Assembly: GCA_019058315.1 (NCBI GenBank) | Contig: JAHPZH010000003.1 | Location: 748,451-812,450 of the forward strand | Length of the DNA stretch: 64,000 nt | Direction: 5' to 3' | Origin: Candidatus Helarchaeota archaeon | GTDB lineage: Archaea; Asgardarchaeota; Lokiarchaeia; Helarchaeales; RDOG01 | Shown: positions 57,519 through 64,000 of the stretch, one piece after another | Layout of the letters: each line of letters opens with the position of its first letter | Numbering within the stretch: the stretch's first letter is position 1 | Program-made: the position numbers and the translations under genes | The notes under the pieces: model-generated | Database searches by the model: none | The model's input: only the letters and a program-made list of their open reading frames with translations | What the model was told of the DNA's origin: nothing

Positions 57519-58763
57519 TTAAATCCAATCTCCAGTACTTAACTTTGTAGGGAGATAACTATCAGTCAAATACTCAAAGCCCTTACTTGAAAGAGCTTGA
57601 ATTTCTGCTTTCTGTTTATGTTTTTTCATATGTTGGAGATCGTCAACCCAACGTGCATTTTGTTGAACAAATGCTTCCTTTAACATATCGTCTACACGAT
57701 TAATATCTGTATCAGTCATGGGAATTTTACATGTTTTAGGTATTCCATAAACATCCAAATCTTGAGAAAGAACACCTATCAATTTGATCCCTTGCGTTGC
57801 TAAAAATGGGGATTCATAGGATAGTTTTTTACTCCCTCTTAGATATACACTATGTATATAATGCCCATAGGGATCAGAATCCACTAATGAGAATACAGGC
57901 AATTCTAATTCCTTTGCTAAACGTCTTAAAAACATACGAGTTGCAATATCAGGAGCTCCTTTTGCTGTTAAAATGATACAGGGATATTCTCTCCAGAATT
58001 TTTTCTCAGTTAATCGGATAACAGCTGCATCTTTCTCTACTACTAGAATAAATTCAGCATCAGACTCTAAAATTTCGACCTTATCTAAAAATGGAGTTAT
58101 TGCCCAACCACCAGTTCCCAAACGTTCTAAATCTATCTCATCCCCACTATCTCGAATTTTTAATTTTCCAATGGCCATCCCTTTAGCACTAGCTACTATA
58201 TGCGTGGAATTTCTAATCGTTTTTAGTAGAGTTGCCAGATCTTCAATAATTTTATCTGAATTGCTTTGGTCCTTAGCAAAAAGCTCTACATCACTATAAA
58301 ATATTTCTCGCTTCGTAGCATGTATATCCTTTTCCAAAAGTTCATTAGCAAGATTCATAATATGGATAAGCCGAGTTGCGTCGCTGACACTGGTTAAACT
58401 ATGAAAAGGTCTTTTTTTAACTTCATCACCTAATAATAATAGATCTAAATTTTCGTCATAAATGATATTTTTTCTGCTTCTGGAGGGAATTGTAAAAATT
58501 GGTTTCCCTGTCTCCCGAATTTGTTTATAAACCTCTTTTGCAATACGGATAAGTCTTTTACGAGCCTCTTTGGTACCAGCATCATCTACAACAAGTGCAC
58601 CTTTTGGTAATTTGATTTCCTTTTGTTCTATCTTTTTGGCAATCTGACGAATTTTATTGAATTTGTAGTCCTCTTGACTAGGTTTTTTTGTTTTTTTAAT
58701 ATCTTTACTAGGTTTTTCCTTTTTCTTACTTTTTTTCTTTGCTTTTGATACTTTTGTTGACAT
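57519..58763 (-). CDS. top6A: DNA topoisomerase VI subunit A
   Basis: TKREIFY (catalytic Tyr), Q..SD.IIEDL, VVEKDA, KG.PD.ATR, DSDPYG, KAEIQAL. Confidence 0.96.
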   Translation of the reverse strand: MSTKVSKAKKKSKKKEKPSKDIKKTKKPSQEDYKFNKIRQIAKKIEQKEIKLPKGALVVDDAGTKEARKRLIRIAKEVYKQIRETGKPIFTIPSRSRKNIIYDENLDLLLLGDEVKKRPFHSLTSVSDATRLIHIMNLANELLEKDIHATKREIFYSDVELFAKDQSNSDKIIEDLATLLKTIRNSTHIVASAKGMAIGKLKIRDSGDEIDLERLGTGGWAITPFLDKVEILESDAEFILVVEKDAAVIRLTEKKFWREYPCIILTAKGAPDIATRMFLRRLAKELELPVFSLVDSDPYGHYIHSVYLRGSKKLSYESPFLATQGIKLIGVLSQDLDVYGIPKTCKIPMTDTDINRVDDMLKEAFVQQNARWVDDLQHMKKHKQKAEIQALSSKGFEYLTDSYLPTKLSTGDWI

Positions 58764-58775
58764 TATATCGCCTCA

Positions 58776-61700
58776 TTATGACGCTGGTTGTTCTATACTA
58801 TCTTTTTTTACAGGTTCAATTTCTGAAACCAATTTATAATAATCAAATTTTTTCTTTTTAACCCTCTTTTTTTCAACTCCATCTTCTTCGTATATTTCTT
58901 CATCAACAACTTCGTCCCTTGTTTCCTTTAATATAATATTTTGACTTTCAAGATTTACTAATATTGGAATAATTAAGTCATTTATTATCCATTTTTCTTT
59001 CAATTGATTTAATCCTAAATCCTCTATCATTTCATCGAGAGGAGTCCAATTTGTAGGCAAAATAGTTAAAATGTCTTCTCTTATATCCTTTTCAATTGGG
59101 TTTATCATTAGTTTTTCAATTTCATCGACAGATGTTTTTTGTGCTAATTCACCATCAGATTGTAAAATATTATTGAGTGATTCTGCAAAAGCTTTTACAT
59201 GATTTAATAAGAGTGATGCACGTCTAGCCCTTTTCTTTTTCTTTTCTTTTTTGAGAAGATAAGATCGTAATTTTCTTCCAACTTCTTCTAAACCAAGTTG
59301 TACTTCTCTTTTTAGAGTTTCATCGTCAGCCAAAGCTTGTTTACTTTGAGATTTAAACATTACATGGACAAAGGGTCCGGAAACATTCACGATTACACGA
59401 ACCTTACCTCTAGGAAGGCCATTATCAAATGCATCTAATTTATAATTTTTCCAATTGACTGATCCAACTGCTTTCCATATTGCACAATCGCTATTATCTC
59501 TTAATTTTGGAGTACGATTTACAAAACGATATAAAACATCATTAGCTCTACTTGCGTCTTTTATCTGTCCTCCATATGCAATAGCAACTTCAACACCAAA
59601 AGCTAATCCTTTTCCACTGGTGGGTTTTCTTGTTTCTGCTTCTACAAAAGCTGGTTGAAAAGCCTCATCAATTACTTTCATTAAATTCTCTGAACTCACT
59701 GGTACAACGGTATCTGTAGGAGGAGCTAAGTAATTCTCGCTAGAAAATACTTTAAATAAAGTATTCATTTGATCCTCATTCAGGTCAGAGGGTTTTGTCA
59801 ACTCCAAACTTTCAGTTCCACCCAAAGACTCATTTGTTTCATTTAATAAATCATCTATCTCATTTTTATTTAATCCGGTAAAATTTTGAGAAAGAAAAGA
59901 ACTTAAAGTTTTATTATTTGTTTCTTGTATCATTTCAGTAAATTTATTTACTGTAATTGAAGATGGACATTTTTCAAGATCATTCATTTGAACATAAATT
60001 GTATGTAATACTTTTTGAGTTAGATCTTTAGCAGGAGTATTTGCTAAACTTTTATATTCTAGCTGATCATTACACTCCTCTAGAATTACTTCAAGGCTTT
60101 TTTTTCCTATACCTTTAATCTTTTTTAAAGTTGTAACAATACTTTTACCTTCTGATTCTTTAAGGAATTTTTGGAATTGATCTAAAGTTAATTCGAGATC
60201 ATTAACGTTTTTGGACATTGAATCATAAATAACCTTTATCTCTTTCTTCTTTAATTCCTCTGTATCGAGTGCATACAAATTCCTGATTTTTAATATTTCT
60301 TCAGATTTCAAAATAAGTTTTTTAATTGTATATGTATTGAGATTACAAAAATCTGATGAGAGAATATCCTCAATATTATTTGTATTATCCTTCAAATAAG
60401 CTTTAAATTTTGCAAAACTGATAGAAAATGGACAAAAACTCGATTCTCTATATAATTCTTGGATGCTCTTAATATTATCAATTGTCATTTCTTCTGCTTT
60501 TTTTGTAATAAGTCTTAGTTGTTTTAATACAGCTTCGAATTGATCTTTATTATAATCATAAAATTTAGAAAAGATTTTAATAATTGGTTTATTTTCATAG
60601 TTTTGTACACTTTTTAATAGTTGTTCGGGAGAATCTTTTTTAATACAAACCACACTTTTAGTTAAATTTCGATATAATGCACGAATTGAGGTATCAGATA
60701 AATCGTTTGGGGATAATGATAATATATTTTGAGCTGCTCCTAGCATTTGATTTGCTTTTTCAACAATTTCTTTCGCCTTATTTTTACTCAATCTAACAAA
60801 TGCTGTTGATAGGAAAGAAACAATATCTTTTTTATTTGTAGAACGAAGCAAATCTTGAAATTCGCCAATTAGAACTGAAGCTGGATGAGGTTGAGCATAT
60901 TTAGGTTCGTTTGGAAATTCTGTAACTCTACGAGGATATATCGACACTTCACCGTATGGATCTATGAAAATCAGTGTAATATGTCCATTTAAGAATGAAG
61001 CCTGTCTTAAATATTCATCTGCATAACCACGAATATATCTAACATTTAAATAATTGAGATTAACATAAGTTCCGTGTTGCATTTTAGTTCTAAATGATTC
61101 TGGTCCTAAAGCATAATCTTTTTCATTTTTACTTGTTGTATAAAATGCCGAGAGCATTCCTTCTGAGGCTGATTCATGTCTTGTTATAACAATTATTGGT
61201 CTACCTGTAGTATTTTGTGAATCACTAAATGCACTAGAAGCCCCAAACCCTTGACTTCCTCTAGTTTGTTTAAGATTAGCACTTTTTGAAGAGGCGAGAT
61301 ATAATCCAAATTTTTCCAGATCCGAAGGTATCATACCTGTTCCATTATCAAATACTTCGAAACTAAACATCCTAATATCTTTTCCATGCATTTCCTCAGG
61401 AAGCATTTTTGGTTTTTCAATCTCTCTGATTCTGATAATCGCTAGGGGTTCGCGATCAATTATATCCCTAATTGGGTCGATAAATTTATTAAAAGTTTCA
61501 AGAATAGGTTTACGAGCTATTTCGTATTGTGATCCATCAGCATTTTCTGTAACAGTCTTAAAATCATTTTGAATTTGTTCTATCTGTTCTGATTCTAAAA
61601 CTTTTCTTATTTTATAACCGGAATGTTTCCAATTATGACTCTCTATTCCATCCAATGAATTATCTAGAAATTCAGCAGCATATTGAGAATGTTTGTTGAA

Positions 61701-62522
61701 CCCAATATCAAATCCCACAAGTTGAGTACGTTTACGCATGAATTCGGCAATACTGCCCTTACGAATTACACCTTTAGACGAACTTTCATCTTCCTCTGTA
61801 GTTTTGGGTTCTTTAGTTTCTGGAGTTGGTTTAGTTTCTCTCTTTTCCCGTTTTTTCTTTTTAGTTTTAACCTTATCTTTAATTTTTTTTGGTTTAGGAG
61901 AAGGTTTTTTTATGGGTTTTTCTTCAATAACGGGTGGTTTTTCGGGTGGTTTTTGCACTTCTTCGATTTTTGTTATTTCGGGTTCAGCTTCTACCTTTGG
62001 TTTGGATTCCGCTTTAACTTTCTCTTTAGGTTTAGCTTCTACCTTTGGTTTGGATTCCGCTTTAACTTTCTTTTTAGGTTCAGCTTCTACCTTTGGTTTG
62101 GATTCCGCTTTAACTTTCTTTTTAGGTTCAGCTTTTACCTTTGGTTTGGCCTCCGCTTTAGGTTTAGCTTTAGTTTTTTTCGTCGTTTCTATTTTTTTTG
62201 ATACTTTAGCAGTTTTTGGTTTAGCTTTAGTCTTTGCTTCAGAAAAATCTCCCAAATCTTTTTGAGGACCTTTTTCTGTAATTAAATAATAAGTTTTATT
62301 TTCTTTACGAATTTTATTTTCCTTTTCTAATTTTTTTAATATCTTTGCAACTTTTCTACCCTTGATATATTCAGGGGCTGTTTTATCCATACCTTTCTTA
62401 ATAATAATCCCCAATTTTTTCATAATAGATCTTGTGGGGATTCCTTTTTCTGTAATTAATTTTAAAATATTTTCTTTAGTTATTTCTTCCAATTTAATTC
62501 TTCCAATAGAGTTTTTAACCAC
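58776..62522 (-). CDS. top6B: DNA topoisomerase VI subunit B, greatly expanded
   Basis: EFLDNSLD, DNGTGM, TRGSQGFG, HGT, PHP, RFVNRTP, VMFKSQSKQALA; adjacent to top6A. Confidence 0.93.
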   Translation of the reverse strand: MVKNSIGRIKLEEITKENILKLITEKGIPTRSIMKKLGIIIKKGMDKTAPEYIKGRKVAKILKKLEKENKIRKENKTYYLITEKGPQKDLGDFSEAKTKAKPKTAKVSKKIETTKKTKAKPKAEAKPKVKAEPKKKVKAESKPKVEAEPKKKVKAESKPKVEAKPKEKVKAESKPKVEAEPEITKIEEVQKPPEKPPVIEEKPIKKPSPKPKKIKDKVKTKKKKREKRETKPTPETKEPKTTEEDESSSKGVIRKGSIAEFMRKRTQLVGFDIGFNKHSQYAAEFLDNSLDGIESHNWKHSGYKIRKVLESEQIEQIQNDFKTVTENADGSQYEIARKPILETFNKFIDPIRDIIDREPLAIIRIREIEKPKMLPEEMHGKDIRMFSFEVFDNGTGMIPSDLEKFGLYLASSKSANLKQTRGSQGFGASSAFSDSQNTTGRPIIVITRHESASEGMLSAFYTTSKNEKDYALGPESFRTKMQHGTYVNLNYLNVRYIRGYADEYLRQASFLNGHITLIFIDPYGEVSIYPRRVTEFPNEPKYAQPHPASVLIGEFQDLLRSTNKKDIVSFLSTAFVRLSKNKAKEIVEKANQMLGAAQNILSLSPNDLSDTSIRALYRNLTKSVVCIKKDSPEQLLKSVQNYENKPIIKIFSKFYDYNKDQFEAVLKQLRLITKKAEEMTIDNIKSIQELYRESSFCPFSISFAKFKAYLKDNTNNIEDILSSDFCNLNTYTIKKLILKSEEILKIRNLYALDTEELKKKEIKVIYDSMSKNVNDLELTLDQFQKFLKESEGKSIVTTLKKIKGIGKKSLEVILEECNDQLEYKSLANTPAKDLTQKVLHTIYVQMNDLEKCPSSITVNKFTEMIQETNNKTLSSFLSQNFTGLNKNEIDDLLNETNESLGGTESLELTKPSDLNEDQMNTLFKVFSSENYLAPPTDTVVPVSSENLMKVIDEAFQPAFVEAETRKPTSGKGLAFGVEVAIAYGGQIKDASRANDVLYRFVNRTPKLRDNSDCAIWKAVGSVNWKNYKLDAFDNGLPRGKVRVIVNVSGPFVHVMFKSQSKQALADDETLKREVQLGLEEVGRKLRSYLLKKEKKKKRARRASLLLNHVKAFAESLNNILQSDGELAQKTSVDEIEKLMINPIEKDIREDILTILPTNWTPLDEMIEDLGLNQLKEKWIINDLIIPILVNLESQNIILKETRDEVVDEEIYEEDGVEKKRVKKKKFDYYKLVSEIEPVKKDSIEQPAS
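61981..62160 (-). repeat. 48-bp intragenic tandem repeat, about 3.7 copies (KPKVEAEPKKKVKAES)
   Basis: Unit ggttcagcttctacctttggtttggattccgctttaactttc... starts at 61981, 62029, 62077 and 62125. Confidence 0.92.
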
Positions 62523-62667
62523 TCTTTAAGATTTCAACTATAATTAATCAATCCCTAAATAAAAATTTTAATTTATAATATTATAATTCTTCTAAAGACC
62601 GACAAAAATTTTATATTAGGCTTAAAATCATTAGTAATGGGACTATCAAGGAGAGTATAGTATAAAT

Positions 62668-63054
62668 TTAGCTCAATAATTGTGCAATTTTTTCCTTAGC
62701 TTTAGACAATTCGTATATTAATACACCTAACTTAGCTTTCCTTTTTGTAATCATCGCTAATACGACTTCGTTAGTAATTCTTCCTAATAAAACTGCATTT
62801 TCGGCATTAGTGCCTCTAACAAACACATATTCGAATAATCCTCGGTTGAAGGCATTACAAAAATTTTCACCAAGAGAAATAAGTGTAGCGCATATAGCTG
62901 ATGTGATTTCTTCTTCAGTAGAAGATCGGAAATTACTCGCAATTGTTAAACCTTCCCAAGATAAAATTATTAACCCTTCGATATATGGAGCTTTTACTTT
63001 TATTTCATGCAAAATATTATTTAGCACCTTTTCTGTTGTTTCTAAAGTCACCAA
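62668..63054 (-). CDS. Roadblock/LC7 domain protein
   Basis: IEG.IILS.EGL.IAS, SA..A.L..LG, F..G.F....V.G, KLG.L.YE. Confidence 0.9.
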   Translation of the reverse strand: MVTLETTEKVLNNILHEIKVKAPYIEGLIILSWEGLTIASNFRSSTEEEITSAICATLISLGENFCNAFNRGLFEYVFVRGTNAENAVLLGRITNEVVLAMITKRKAKLGVLIYELSKAKEKIAQLLS

Positions 63055-63199
63055 TAGCCCTCGAAGCCTTCATTAGATTAATTTTTTGGTATTTAATATA
63101 AGTGTTAAAATAATAAATTCTTCAATATTCAAACATATTCATTATAATTTTTAAATTCTGTTTTTATGGAAAAATCAAGTCAAATGGCATTATTAGTGT

Positions 63200-64000
63200 T
63201 TACCAGATATCATCCTTATTTTTTTGTTTTAATTTTTGTACAACTTGATCCAAAATTTCATTAGCTATTTCATCTTTCATTTCTAGTGGTATATGTTTTA
63301 CATTTTTTTCACGATCTATAATATAAACTTCGTTAGTTTCATCCTCGAATCCTCTTTTCTGTTTTCCAACATCGTTAGCGACTATCATATTTGCAATTGC
63401 TTTAGGACCACTAATTCGACTATAAGCTTTTTCAATAAGATCATTTTCAGAAACATTAAATTCTGCTTTAAATGCACATATGAAGATATTGGAATCAGTT
63501 TCTCTAGCACTTTCAACACAACGTGGGGTTGGAACTAATTGAATATTAAGTTCTTCTTGTCGTGAAGGTATTTTAGAGTCGACAACTTTAGCAGGCATAT
63601 AATCAGCAATTGCGGCTGCACAAATAAAAGCATCATACTTTTCATTTTTGAGTTCATTTGTAATATTATTTACTAAGTCTTCAGCACTAACTACATTTAC
63701 AATTTTTACATTTTCATAAGCAGGGGGACTAGCAGAACCCTTTCCATAAATAATGGTTACTTTATCAGCCCCTCTTAATATAGCCTCACGTGCAATAGCG
63801 ACTCCCATTTTTCCAGATGATGGATTTGTTATATATCTAACACCATCTAGGTATTCGCGGGTCGGTCCAGCCGCAACTAATATTTTTAGCCCCCTTAAGT
63901 CATCTTTTATCTTAGATTTTTTTACAATTGCAACGATTTGATTCACAATTTCGTTAACATGCGCAATTTTAGCCTTGTTTTCCTCAATTCGAGGTCCTAA
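63200..64000 (-). CDS. coaBC: CoaBC phosphopantothenoylcysteine synthetase/decarboxylase (C-terminal part; 5' end outside the window)
   Basis: LVAAGPTRE.LD.VRYITNPSSGKMG, AAAIADY, FKAE, VANDV; frame open to the window end (GPRIEENKAK). Confidence 0.95.
   Translation of the reverse strand, partial: LGPRIEENKAKIAHVNEIVNQIVAIVKKSKIKDDLRGLKILVAAGPTREYLDGVRYITNPSSGKMGVAIAREAILRGADKVTIIYGKGSASPPAYENVKIVNVVSAEDLVNNITNELKNEKYDAFICAAAIADYMPAKVVDSKIPSRQEELNIQLVPTPRCVESARETDSNIFICAFKAEFNVSENDLIEKAYSRISGPKAIANMIVANDVGKQKRGFEDETNEVYIIDREKNVKHIPLEMKDEIANEILDQVVQKLKQKNKDDIW

Noticed and set aside
61981-62160. 48-bp repeats as a CRISPR array
   Set aside because: Head-to-tail with no unique spacers, in frame within top6B, and no cas genes.
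61683-62265. Plus-strand ORFs of 172 and 175 aa with repetitive sequence
   Set aside because: Antisense shadows of the Lys/Glu/Pro repeat region of top6B.

Overview
Very AT-rich archaeal DNA. The gene content (Topo VI A/B, AOR, ADP-forming acyl-CoA ligase, several longin, roadblock and Vps28-like proteins) points to an Asgard archaeon, probably Lokiarchaeia/Helarchaeales; this taxonomy is an inference. Layout: (1) 1-11.3 kb is a defence-island-like block with a Swt1-type HEPN protein, a 1203-aa helical-repeat/PRTase-CE protein and a PNP-nucleosidase-NACHT NLR-like protein, interleaved with decayed fragments of a paralogue of the first ORF. (2) 11.5-13.5 kb is a divergent RadA-RPA-RHH operon. 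(3) 13.6-40 kb holds mixed metabolic genes and eukaryotic-signature-like proteins. (4) 40-45 kb is a MoxR AAA+/VWA-zincin pair; its ATPase carries a Top3beta-like zinc-finger tail and the promoter has a paired operator. (5) 45-55 kb holds lipid-degradation and threonine-biosynthesis genes. (6) 55-64 kb has coiled-coil/Vps28-like proteins, a greatly expanded Topo VI, a roadblock protein and a partial coaBC. I recognised no rRNA, tRNA, CRISPR array, integrase or transposase. All domain calls are by-eye motif recognition; no database search was run.
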